From an uncultured bacterium (GTDB taxonomy: Bacteria; Patescibacteriota; Minisyncoccia; Minisyncoccales; JAQTVQ01), in NCBI GenBank assembly GCA_903839905.1, contig CAIMDX010000069.1, positions 1 through 32,638 of the forward strand: DNA of 32,638 nt. The letters are read 5' to 3'. Of this stretch, positions 18,116-27,774 are shown one piece after another; positions within the stretch are counted from its first letter, which is position 1, and every line of letters starts with the position of its first letter. The notes below the pieces were generated by a model. It saw only the letters and a list, made by a program, of their open reading frames with translations. It made no database searches and was not told where the DNA came from. A program made the translations under genes and the position numbers.

Positions 18116-19537
18116 TTACTTGCGAGACCTTGGCGCAAACTCAAGCCCGATAACAGTTGTGTTTACATCGTTCGACCCGCCATTGGAATCATCATATTCC
18201 ACGCTAAGAGGCCTGACTGTCCAAATAACGCCGTCCATGACAAAAAAAGCATAATCATCTTTCAGGTCATAGTTATATGTTCCTATTCTTTGCCCTGATA
18301 AATCATATTCTTTGATTTGTTTATTTTCATAAAAATAAAAGCTATTTCCGTCCTGAGAAAATATCAATTTTAAATTATATCCAGTTTTTGAAGTAGGAGA
18401 AACCGTTAAAGTAATCGTGCCAAGAGCGTTTAAATTTTGATCATATTTATAAATCTTTTTGCCGCCATCTTTGTCAAATAGTGAAAAAAGGTAAATATAG
18501 GTACCATCTGTGGCCAATGGTCCATTTTCATTCATGTCTATTGTCGCACCGTTGCCGCTTAGAGATTGAAAATTGCCAGCGCCACCGAAGCCGCCGGCGC
18601 CAGAATAGCAGCTTCCAGAATTGCCCGCATATTTTGAACGAGTAGTAGAAGAATATTTTTTGTTTCCTATAATCACGCTTCCGCAGTATCCTCCAGTGCC
18701 AGAGCCACCTTCATAAACTAAGTTCCCGAATTCATTTTTTGAAAAAACAATAGACCCTCTGGCTAATTTTTTACTAACAGGGTCCCACCCGCTTATATAC
18801 CAAGGATCGTTTCTATCCATACCGGTCCCTATTAACGATCTTTCAAGAAAGATAAAATCATTAGATGAAGAACCCCAGGTTCCTCCCGACCCGCTCCCCG
18901 CTCCGATCACTATATTATTCCAAGTCGTGGAATTGGCGCAAACAGAGTTGACGCAAAGGGCAGTGGCCGAATTGATCGTGCCCGTGGCGTTGATGTTGCC
19001 TCCGACAAAAAGGTTTCTAGTGATATTTGAATCGCCCTTGAAATATCCTGCGTACCCTCCTCCTGTGCTGTTTTGTTGCTCTGCGTATAAAGCTGAATTA
19101 GCAGAGTTGGCGTAAGCTGCGATCGCGTCGCCAGAGCTGCCAGTGCCTCCAACTGCTAATTTGGCGAGAGGCGCTGTTGTGCCAATACCGACATTGCCGG
19201 AATTGGCCTGAATGATTGTATTGGAAGTATTGCGATAGCCAAGAAAAAGACTTCCGCTTTTCACATTCAGTTCGTTAGTGTAAATACTGATGCCTCCGGC
19301 ACTGTCCACCACTAAGCCGTCAGCGCCAGCAGGAACATGAAGACTACCTCCAAGAGTCAGGCTTCCTGCCTTGGTTTGGGCTATATTGCTCGTATTGATG
19401 GGCGCATCCACGCTCGCGGGCATGGTGCCGGACGGCTCTGACCAGGCCAGGGTAAAATATCCGGCTGAAAGAGATAGAACTAAAACTGCGGCCAGAAGAG
19501 GCAAGGTTGCCGAAGAGATGTGAAAAAGTTTAGACAT
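18116..19537 (-). CDS. secreted fibre-like surface protein, paralog of 89..2143
   Basis: Near-identical signal region, one GNVGIGTTAP unit, shared SSGDAIAAYANS...CVNSVCANSTTWNNIVIGAGSG block, homologous but diverged C-terminal domain (MNENGPLATDGT.IYLFS). Confidence 0.8.
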   Translation of the reverse strand: MSKLFHISSATLPLLAAVLVLSLSAGYFTLAWSEPSGTMPASVDAPINTSNIAQTKAGSLTLGGSLHVPAGADGLVVDSAGGISIYTNELNVKSGSLFLGYRNTSNTIIQANSGNVGIGTTAPLAKLAVGGTGSSGDAIAAYANSANSALYAEQQNSTGGGYAGYFKGDSNITRNLFVGGNINATGTINSATALCVNSVCANSTTWNNIVIGAGSGSGGTWGSSSNDFIFLERSLIGTGMDRNDPWYISGWDPVSKKLARGSIVFSKNEFGNLVYEGGSGTGGYCGSVIIGNKKYSSTTRSKYAGNSGSCYSGAGGFGGAGNFQSLSGNGATIDMNENGPLATDGTYIYLFSLFDKDGGKKIYKYDQNLNALGTITLTVSPTSKTGYNLKLIFSQDGNSFYFYENKQIKEYDLSGQRIGTYNYDLKDDYAFFVMDGVIWTVRPLSVEYDDSNGGSNDVNTTVIGLEFAPRSRK

Positions 19538-19664
19538 AAAAAAATGTTAACTGTTATTAATGTTATGTTAATGATTAAATTAATTTTGATTATATCAAAT
19601 TATTAAAACTAAAAACAGAACAAGGCTGTGGACAAACCAACGGTTGCCGGTTTAAGATAAGATT

Positions 19665-20126
19665 GTGAAAATTATCTCTGAAAACAGAAAAGCGGAATTC
19701 AATTATGAAATTCTTGATCGGTTTGAAGCCGGCCTTGTTTTGAACGGCCAGGAAGTTAAATCCATAAAAACCAGCGGCGCCAGCTTAAACGGCACTTATG
19801 TGATGCTTCGGCAGGAGAAAAGAGCCAAGCGCCCGGAATTATTTTGGATAGGCGGCAATGTCCCTCCTTACCAGCCCGGCAATATGATGTCTAACTATGA
19901 CACGCGGCGAGCCAGAAAATTGCTCTTAAACAAGAAAGAGATCAATTATCTAATAGGCAAAACGAAGATCAAAGGCTTGACTTTAGTGCCTTTAAGGCTG
20001 TATGATAATAACGCTAAATTGAAGCTTGAGTTTGGCATTGGAAGGGGCAGAAAAAAGTTCAATAAAAAAGAACTTATAAAAACCCGCGATGCCGAACGAG
20101 AGATAAGAAGAGCCCTTGCAAGGTAA
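19665..20126 (+). CDS. smpB: SsrA-binding protein
   Basis: NRKA.FNY, FEAGLVLNGQEVKSI, R.RKLLLNKKEI, GLTLVPL, GRKK; adjacent to tmRNA. Confidence 0.97.
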   Translation: MKIISENRKAEFNYEILDRFEAGLVLNGQEVKSIKTSGASLNGTYVMLRQEKRAKRPELFWIGGNVPPYQPGNMMSNYDTRRARKLLLNKKEINYLIGKTKIKGLTLVPLRLYDNNAKLKLEFGIGRGRKKFNKKELIKTRDAEREIRRALAR

Positions 20127-20136
20127 CAAAAACCAA

Positions 20137-20486
20137 GGGGGCGACTGCTTCGACAAAAAAGTTTCGTTCAAAACAAGCAAGCCGAGCATGATAGGTCTGC
20201 TCGTTAATCCGCCCTATCAAACCTATAAGTGCCAACTTATTCAAACAACCCGAATTAGCTTTAGCTTAATTCCATCCGCCAGCCTATTCTCTATAAGCTT
20301 CAGCGGGTGTCAAATTTAGAGATAGATAACTGCCTTTCCTGAAACAGTTATTGATTTGGCTCAGGATAGAAGGATCAAGATTTTGCCTGTTACATACTTG
20401 GCCCTTCAAAAATTCAAAATAGGCTAAGCTTGTAGAAAACTTTGGATGATTTTTTTGGACGGGGTTTCAATACCCCCGCCTCCACC
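20137..20486 (+). ncRNA. ssrA: tmRNA (one-piece); tag ANLFKQPELALA at 20231-20269
   Basis: 5' GGGGGCG..TTCGAC; 3' GGACGGGGTTTCAATACCCC-CGCCTCC-A; G3.U acceptor pair; ATAAGT-GCC resume context; tag ends ALA*. Confidence 0.95.
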
Positions 20487-20585
20487 CCATTAGAAATTTT
20501 AGATCAAAAAATATTCCATAAAACCATTATTCTTAGAAAAATAATAGCTTTATCAATATTTTGGAATGTAAACTTTCTAACGGGG
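20485..20585. mobile_element. MITE-like element 3 (101 bp) at the tmRNA 3' end
   Basis: TIR CCCCATTAGAAA/TTTCTAACGGGG (11/12); AT-rich self-complementary interior. Confidence 0.75.
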
Positions 20586-20640
20586 TAAAGAACCTCAATT
20601 TAGCGAATTCGCTTAAAGATGTCCCCTTTCAGCGAGAAAG

Positions 20641-21180
20641 ATTAAAAAATATTTAATCCAAAAAAGACTTATTAAAAGAGTATTTATCAACAACCAAATA
20701 AGGTCCCCGGAAGTGCGATTAATAGATGAAACCGGCAAGCAGATAGGCGTTTTGCCATTAGCCGAAGCCTTGAAGATGGCCCAAGAGAAAAATTTGGATA
20801 TGATCCAAATCACCGAAAAAGTGGAGCCGCCGATTTGCAAGATTGGAGATTACGGCAAGTACCTCTACGCCGAACAGAAAAAAGAAAGAAAAGAAAAGGT
20901 CAGCGGAAAGGCTGGAGAAATAAAAGGCATCAGATTGGGTTTTAATATCGGGATCCACGATCTGGAAACCAGAGCCAAACAAGCCGAAGGATTTTTGAAG
21001 GACGGATCAAAGATAAAAGTAGAATTAATCTTGAGGGGAAGGGAAAAGGGTTTGAGAGGATTCGCCGAGCAAAAGATTCAGCAATTTTTAGAAATTTTAA
21101 ACTCTAAAATACCGATAAAAACTGAAAGGGATCTCAAAAAAGAAATGAGGGCCCTGACGATAATTATTTCAAAAAAATAA
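20641..21180 (+). CDS. infC: translation initiation factor IF-3 (non-AUG start; ATT 20641, ATC 20656 or ATT 20671)
   Basis: Conserved [14 protein letters not shown] lies upstream of the called GTG; [24 protein letters not shown]; no in-frame ATG back to the stop at 20614. Confidence 0.95.
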   Translation: MKKYLIQKRLIKRVFINNQIRSPEVRLIDETGKQIGVLPLAEALKMAQEKNLDMIQITEKVEPPICKIGDYGKYLYAEQKKERKEKVSGKAGEIKGIRLGFNIGIHDLETRAKQAEGFLKDGSKIKVELILRGREKGLRGFAEQKIQQFLEILNSKIPIKTERDLKKEMRALTIIISKK

Positions 21181-21181
21181 T

Positions 21182-21379
21182 ATGGCAAATAAAGCAAAAA
21201 CCAGAAAATGCATCGCTAAAAGGTTTAAGGTAACCCCCACCGGAAAAATCTTAAGAAGACCAACCGGCCAAAACCATCTTCTGTCCAAAAAATCATCTCA
21301 GAAGAAAAGAAGCTTGAAGAAATGGGTTGAAGTCTCTCCCAATGAAGTTAAAAAGATAAAAAGAATTTTAAGCTACTAA
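21182..21379 (+). CDS. rpmI: 50S ribosomal protein L35
   Basis: KTRK..AKRFKVT.TGKI, H.LSKKS; position in infC operon. Confidence 0.95.
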   Translation: MANKAKTRKCIAKRFKVTPTGKILRRPTGQNHLLSKKSSQKKRSLKKWVEVSPNEVKKIKRILSY

Positions 21380-21382
21380 AAT

Positions 21383-21727
21383 ATGGTAAGAATAAAAAGA
21401 GGCGTTGCCGCCAACAAAAGAAGAAAAAATACGATCAGCGAAGCAAAAGGATTCAAATGGGGGCGCAAATCCAAATTCAAATCAGCCAAATTGGCTTTAA
21501 TGAAAGCCCGCAGATACTCCTATCGCGACCGCAGAGTAAAGAAAAGAACCATCAGATCGTTATGGCAAACCCACATCAATTTTGCCGTTCGCGCTGAAGG
21601 GCTGTCTTACAGCAAATTCATCGCCGCATTGAAAAAAGCCAACATTGAATTAGACCGCAAGATATTGGCAGGATTCGCCGCCAAAAACCTTAAAGTCTTC
21701 AAAGCAGTCGTCGCCAAAGTAAAGTAA
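21383..21727 (+). CDS. rplT: 50S ribosomal protein L20
   Basis: [42 protein letters not shown]. Confidence 0.97.
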   Translation: MVRIKRGVAANKRRKNTISEAKGFKWGRKSKFKSAKLALMKARRYSYRDRRVKKRTIRSLWQTHINFAVRAEGLSYSKFIAALKKANIELDRKILAGFAAKNLKVFKAVVAKVK

Positions 21728-21742
21728 TCTATCTCATTAAAC

Positions 21743-21770
21743 AAAAAAACCGCTCAAAGCGGTTTTTTTT
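21743..21770. terminator. bidirectional intrinsic terminator
   Basis: A7-CCGCT-CAA-AGCGG-T8 between convergent genes. Confidence 0.85.
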
Positions 21771-21803
21771 GTTTTAACTAGCAATGGTCCAGTCCAATAG
21801 TCG

Positions 21804-22727
21804 CTATAATATTTTTATCTCTGGCTTGGCTGGCAGCTTATCCTGTTTTGAATATCTTATCATCAGCTCTTTTCCTTTTCCCAAAACTTCAACGGTTTGC
21901 TCTTTTGTTGCCGGAATCAAAAACCTGATCAAAATCGTTGGACCGGCAAAATTTTCCGGCTCAATCAGCAAATCTTCTGGTTTTTCCAAACTGGCCAATC
22001 GCTCCCCTTCTTTTTGATCCCTGGCTATAGCTGCAAAAAAATTATTTTCAAAAAAGATCCGGCCGTTTTTTAAAATTTGAATATCTTCTCCGCTAAAATC
22101 AGGTTTTCTTTTTAGTAATTCTCCCAGCCTCTCCGAAAATTGCGGATCGGTCAGCAAGCAGCCTCCGGCCGGCTGGGGAAAATATTCAATGCCTAATTTT
22201 TTAACCAATTCCAGCTGGCCCTTCCGGGACTTGCCTTGAAAATCAAAAAGATCCGCCCTTCTAACCAACCCCTGTTTTTCGGGAATGGTTTCCGGTAAAA
22301 GTTTGGCTGAAAGGGGCCTTAAGATAAGTCCTTCCAGCCCGGCCCCCTTCTCCATCATCTGGAAAGTATTATTATTCTGGGAAAAAGGCCTTTGGCCAAG
22401 AACCTCGCCCGTGGCAATAAAATCAGCCTTTCTCTTTTCCATCAATTCCTTGGCTTTTTTCAGCATTAAAAAATGGCAATCAACGCAAGGGTTTAAGTGC
22501 TTCCCGCGCCCATGTTCCGGTTTTTTTACCGCTTTAAGCTGATCTTCGGCAATATCAACGGTTTCTATTTCCATGCCGTTTTCTCCAGCGGTTTTTTGCG
22601 CCTGGTCACAACCAAAAAAATAGCTTTCAAAACAAACCGGAAAAACCTCAATTCCCTGATCTTTTAAGATCTTATAAGACAGAAGCGAATCCAATCCGCC
22701 GGAAAAAAGTAAAATTGCTTTAGGCAT
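21804..22727 (-). CDS. ThiI/MnmA-like PP-loop tRNA thiouridylase family protein
   Basis: SGGLDS PP-loop, NPCVDC, TGEVLGQRPFSQ, PAGGCLLTDP. Confidence 0.85.
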   Translation of the reverse strand: MPKAILLFSGGLDSLLSYKILKDQGIEVFPVCFESYFFGCDQAQKTAGENGMEIETVDIAEDQLKAVKKPEHGRGKHLNPCVDCHFLMLKKAKELMEKRKADFIATGEVLGQRPFSQNNNTFQMMEKGAGLEGLILRPLSAKLLPETIPEKQGLVRRADLFDFQGKSRKGQLELVKKLGIEYFPQPAGGCLLTDPQFSERLGELLKRKPDFSGEDIQILKNGRIFFENNFFAAIARDQKEGERLASLEKPEDLLIEPENFAGPTILIRFLIPATKEQTVEVLGKGKELMIRYSKQDKLPAKPEIKIL

Positions 22728-22752
22728 GTTCCCTCGCTCCGCTCGATCAAAA

Positions 22753-23208
22753 TCAAAATGAAAAATGATTAACGGAATTATTTATTAAATAATTATTAGC
22801 TTTGACTAAAATATTCTTGGCATTGGCAAACTTCATTTCTTTAAAAGCTTGTCCAAATGGCAGCCATTCATAACCGATATGTTCATCGGAAATTTTTATT
22901 TCTTCTTGCTCTGTTTCCGCCAAGAAAAAAGCAACTGTTTTAAAAATGGTTTTTCCTTGGACATTGAAAAAATATTTGATGGAATGCTTAAACCCAGGTA
23001 AAAAACGAATATCTTTCAGCCCGGTTTCTTCTTCTATCTCCCGACAAGCCGCAGCCATTTCCGTTTCCCCCTCTTCCAAATGACCTTTGGCAAAATCCCA
23101 ATATCCCTTGGCCTTGGGCGACGATCCAGCATAATGCAAAAGCAGATAATAAATATCCCTTCCCTCTTTTCTAAATATGACCACTCCGGCGGATTTTTCT
23201 GAAGCCAT
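22753..23208 (-). CDS. Nudix hydrolase, Ap4A hydrolase-like
   Basis: EKSAG, WDFAKGHLEEGETEMAAACREIEEETG Nudix box, ISDEH.GY.W. Confidence 0.92.
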   Translation of the reverse strand: MASEKSAGVVIFRKEGRDIYYLLLHYAGSSPKAKGYWDFAKGHLEEGETEMAAACREIEEETGLKDIRFLPGFKHSIKYFFNVQGKTIFKTVAFFLAETEQEEIKISDEHIGYEWLPFGQAFKEMKFANAKNILVKANNYLINNSVNHFSF

Positions 23209-23236
23209 AAATTCTTAATTAAATCACGGTTATTTT

Positions 23237-23358
23237 AAAGTTCAAATTTCAAAGCTCAAATGTCAAATCAAATCCAAAATCCCAAATCCAAAAAAGTTTT
23301 CGTTTTGGGCTTTGGATTTTGGGCTTTATTTGAAATTTGGATTTTGGCATTTGGATTT
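23237..23358. repeat. inverted heptamer-repeat element C
   Basis: Left arm aaagttc aaatttc aaagctc aaatgtc aaatc aaatcca aaatccc aaatcca; right arm is the inverted equivalent. Confidence 0.85.
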
Positions 23359-23369
23359 ATAAACCAATC

Positions 23370-25100
23370 CTAAAATTTCTGTTTAAAATAAATTACTAAT
23401 TCTTTTAACGACCAGGTATTAATAACATCTACTGGCTCTGCCCACCCCCTCCTTGCCTGGGCCACTCCCAGCTCCATAAAACGCATTTGGTCCTTGATGT
23501 GGCTGTCGGTATTTATCGCCATTCTTACTCCGGCTTCTTTGGCCTTCTTAATATTAATATCATTCAAGTCCAGCCTTTCCGGATAAGAGTTGATCTCCAA
23601 GGCCACATTGAATTCTTTAGCCGCCCGCAAAAGTTTGTTAAAATCCGCTTGGTATTCGTCTCGTTTTTTCAATATCCTGCCGGTTGGATGGGAAATGATT
23701 TTTATATTCGGATTTTTCATCGCTTTAATTATCCTCTCGGTCATTTGATCTTTTTCCATTTTAAAATGGGAATGCACTCCGCCGATTGCATAGTCTAATT
23801 TAGCCAAGGCTTCATCTTTGATATCAATAGAACCGTCTTTCAGAATATTAGCTTCACAGCCGTGAAGAATTTTCAATTTTAAATTTTCAATTTTCAATTT
23901 TTTATTGGTCCTGTCTATCTCAATCCTTTGCTCCAATAGCTCCTTCTCATTCAACCCATGTTCTATCGTTAGGTATTTGGTGTGGTCGGTAATGCCGGTA
24001 TATTCATAACCGAGTTCCATCGCTTTCTTAGCCATTTCTTCAATAGAGTTTTCTCCGCCGCTCCAAGTTGTATGGCAGTGCAAATCGCCCTTAATGTCTT
24101 TAAGCTCAACCAACTCCGGCAGCTTTTTTACTTGAGCTAATTCTATCTCCCCCCTATCCTCTCTTAGTTCCGGCGGGATCCAGTCCAGGCCCAAGGCGTT
24201 ATAAATGCCTTTTTCATCTTCTCCGGCGATCATCTTGGGTCCTCGAAAAAGACCGTATTCCGAAAGCTTTAATCCTTTTTCAATGGCAATCTTTCTTAAA
24301 ACAATATTATGATCCTTGGAGCCTGTAAAGTATTGCAATGCTGATCCATAGCTTCTTCTCGGTACTACCCGCAGATCCATATCAAAATCTTCTTTTAATC
24401 TTATTGAAGCTTTAGTCCCTCCCTGGCCCCAAATCTTTACTATGCCCGGCAGGCTCGTAAAAAAATTCATTACTTTTTTCGGCTGGCTTGAAACTACTAA
24501 AAAATCCACATCGCCTATGGTTTCTTTCATCCGCCTCAATGAACCGGCAAAATCAACTTGCTCAACTTCTTTGATGCTTTTTAACTTGCCATAAACCTCT
24601 TGGGCTTTGGGCAATATCTCCCCCAACAAAAATCTTCCCTTGGACCTTTTTAAAAATTCTATGCCTTGAAGAATATTCGCTTGGGCTTTGGGCCCGAAGC
24701 CGAATAATCCGGCGATCTTGTTTTGCTTGGCCGCTTTCTCTAATTCTTTAAGGTTAGTAATGCCTAATTTCTGAAAAAGATATCTGGCCCGCTTCGGGCC
24801 CATCCCTTCAACCGCGATCATCTCTTCCATCTTGATTGGCAATTTCCTTTTCAGCTCGCTGTAATATTTTATCTTGCCGGTTTTGATATACTCCTCTATT
24901 TTTTGGGCAATGCTATCGCCCACGCTTGGAATCTCTCCCAAAGCCTTCAATCCGCCTTTTTTATAAATATCAGCCACATTTTGCTCTAAAGCGTCAACCG
25001 TAATAGCCGCATTTTTATAAGCATACGGCTTGAACGGCACTTCCTCGCTTTCCAAAAAATCGCCTATCTCATATAAAATTTTTGCAATTTCTTGATTCAT
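23370..25100 (-). CDS. polX: DNA polymerase X with PHP 3'-5' exonuclease domain
   Basis: HhH motifs, AGSLRR.KETIGDVD (DxD intact), DLR, YFTGSK.HN; PHP DLHCHT, TDH, HPTGR, TDSH. Confidence 0.96.
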   Translation of the reverse strand: MNQEIAKILYEIGDFLESEEVPFKPYAYKNAAITVDALEQNVADIYKKGGLKALGEIPSVGDSIAQKIEEYIKTGKIKYYSELKRKLPIKMEEMIAVEGMGPKRARYLFQKLGITNLKELEKAAKQNKIAGLFGFGPKAQANILQGIEFLKRSKGRFLLGEILPKAQEVYGKLKSIKEVEQVDFAGSLRRMKETIGDVDFLVVSSQPKKVMNFFTSLPGIVKIWGQGGTKASIRLKEDFDMDLRVVPRRSYGSALQYFTGSKDHNIVLRKIAIEKGLKLSEYGLFRGPKMIAGEDEKGIYNALGLDWIPPELREDRGEIELAQVKKLPELVELKDIKGDLHCHTTWSGGENSIEEMAKKAMELGYEYTGITDHTKYLTIEHGLNEKELLEQRIEIDRTNKKLKIENLKLKILHGCEANILKDGSIDIKDEALAKLDYAIGGVHSHFKMEKDQMTERIIKAMKNPNIKIISHPTGRILKKRDEYQADFNKLLRAAKEFNVALEINSYPERLDLNDINIKKAKEAGVRMAINTDSHIKDQMRFMELGVAQARRGWAEPVDVINTWSLKELVIYFKQKF

Positions 25101-25153
25101 TTCTTCTGTTGCCTTATTCTAAGCTAAAAACAAAGGACGGTCCATTGAAAAAC

Positions 25154-25183
25154 CAAAGGGGATGCTAGATAGCATCCCCTTTG
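25154..25183. terminator. terminator-like 14 bp perfect inverted repeat after greA
   Basis: CAAAGGGGATGCTA-GA-TAGCATCCCCTTTG with T runs on both strands. Confidence 0.7.
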
Positions 25184-25203
25184 ATTTTTGATCTGGCCAA
25201 TGG

Positions 25204-25692
25204 CTAAGCTTCTCCTTGGGAGACCTTTAATACTTTATAAACAAAATTTGGCTGATTTTTTACAGCAACCGCTTCTCCTATTTTCCGGCCCAGTAATGCC
25301 TGGCCAACCGGCGACTCGTTAGATATTCTTCCTTCAAAAGGATTGGCTTCCAGCGTTCCGACTATAGTAAAACTGGTCTTATTTCCCGAATTGTCCTGCA
25401 AAAAAACTTTTGATCCCAAATAAACTGTTTCTTTGTCTTCTTTCGGCGGCATTATTATCTCATAGTTCTTCAAAACCGTATCCAGCTCCTGAAGCTTGGT
25501 TTCAAGCATCTCCATATCCTCCTGAAACGACAAATATTCCGAGTCAATATCTTCCGATTGCAAAACCTTGGGAACATCTCCCCTAGTCTTGGCCAGCCTT
25601 ATTTTTTTTAATTCCTCAAACTCCTTCTTAATTTTGGATAAACCTTCGCGAGTTAAATAAAATTTTTGATCTTGAAGCATTGTTGTTGCCAT
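25204..25692 (-). CDS. greA: GreA/GreB family transcription elongation factor (divergent tip)
   Basis: YLTREGL.K.K.E.E.LK, SEY, V.LGSKV, IVG..EANP..G.ISNESPVG.ALLG. Start likely MATTM at 25692. Confidence 0.85.
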   Translation of the reverse strand: MATTMLQDQKFYLTREGLSKIKKEFEELKKIRLAKTRGDVPKVLQSEDIDSEYLSFQEDMEMLETKLQELDTVLKNYEIIMPPKEDKETVYLGSKVFLQDNSGNKTSFTIVGTLEANPFEGRISNESPVGQALLGRKIGEAVAVKNQPNFVYKVLKVSQGEA

Positions 25693-25698
25693 ATATAT

Positions 25699-25919
25699 AA
25701 AAAATCCCTTCTGGGGCAAGGGAGTTAGCTTTTATTATTTATTCCTGATTGTGTTTAAGTTTGTTCTACGAGCTTTTCCCTTACCTTAGAAGTGTGGTCC
25801 TTGACCGCAAATAAAAAGTTTGCCGGCAAGTTTAGCGGTAATGGATTGCTTCATTCTGTTTTGGACATTCAGCATATTCATCGTGAATTAATAATAAGCT
25901 CGGCCCCAGCCTTTGTCAA
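25699..25919 (-). promoter_or_regulatory. putative leader-peptide attenuator 3 (greA leader)
   Basis: TTGACA(25919-25914)-N17-TATTAT(25896-25891); leader ORF 25881-25786; antiterminator TTCTAAGGTAAGGGA (25791-25777) versus TCCCTTGCCCCAGAA; terminator TCCCTT-GCCCCAG-AAGGGA-TTTTTT. Confidence 0.7.
25786..25881 (-). CDS. putative leader peptide MNMLNVQNRMKQSITAKLAGKLFICGQGPHF (31 aa)
   Basis: ATG 9 nt after the -10; stop codon lies inside the antiterminator. Confidence 0.5.
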   Translation of the reverse strand: MNMLNVQNRMKQSITAKLAGKLFICGQGPHF

Positions 25920-25973
25920 TAATCAATTTTACCCTTATTTATCAAGGCTTTCTAACCATTATCAACAGCCAAC

Positions 25974-26003
25974 AAAAAATCCGCCGAAATGAGCGGATTT
26001 TTT
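25974..26003. terminator. intrinsic terminator of the atp operon
   Basis: AAAAAATCCGC-N8-GCGGATTTTTT. Confidence 0.8.
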
Positions 26004-26013
26004 GCGAAAATTA

Positions 26014-26295
26014 TTATTTTTTCTCTAATTCTCCAGTTTGGCAATAAAGAAAAACTTCTCCTGTCACTAAAACCGTTGTTTGTTTAGGCTGGACTTCCAA
26101 AACTCCTCTTTCAATGTCAAAAATAAATTCTTTCAATTCTTTATCCTGAATCTTTATTTTTCCTTTTTTCAAAGGAGTGATCAATGGCACATGGCCTTCA
26201 AGCACCGTAAGCTCTCCGGCAAGGCCGGGCAAAATAACAGAGCAAACATCTCCCTGGAAAACTATTTTTTCGTGGCTGATAAGGCTTAATTTCAT
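26014..26295 (-). CDS. atpC: F1 ATP synthase epsilon subunit (N-terminal domain only)
   Basis: V.LPG..GELTVL.GH.PLIT.LK.G, GVLEV; last gene of operon. Confidence 0.9.
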   Translation of the reverse strand: MKLSLISHEKIVFQGDVCSVILPGLAGELTVLEGHVPLITPLKKGKIKIQDKELKEFIFDIERGVLEVQPKQTTVLVTGEVFLYCQTGELEKK

Positions 26296-26300
26296 AAAGT

Positions 26301-27772
<1,472 letters not shown>

Positions 27773-27774
27773 CG

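Noticed and set aside
89-19537. Diversity-generating retroelement acting on the surface-protein paralogs
   Set aside because: No reverse transcriptase and no TR/VR pair with adenine-only differences; the differences are synonymous changes and module swaps.
20116-20319. 67 aa ORF after smpB
   Set aside because: Lies over the tmRNA gene; only the 12-codon tag frame is supported.
20485-21780. Integrated island at tmRNA
   Set aside because: No integrase and no displaced copy of the tmRNA 3' end; downstream genes are core.
25711-25909. 6S RNA upstream of greA
   Set aside because: The apparent closing stem includes the promoter spacer itself, and the promoter-ORF-terminator reading explains the region better. 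Not excluded without an Rfam search.
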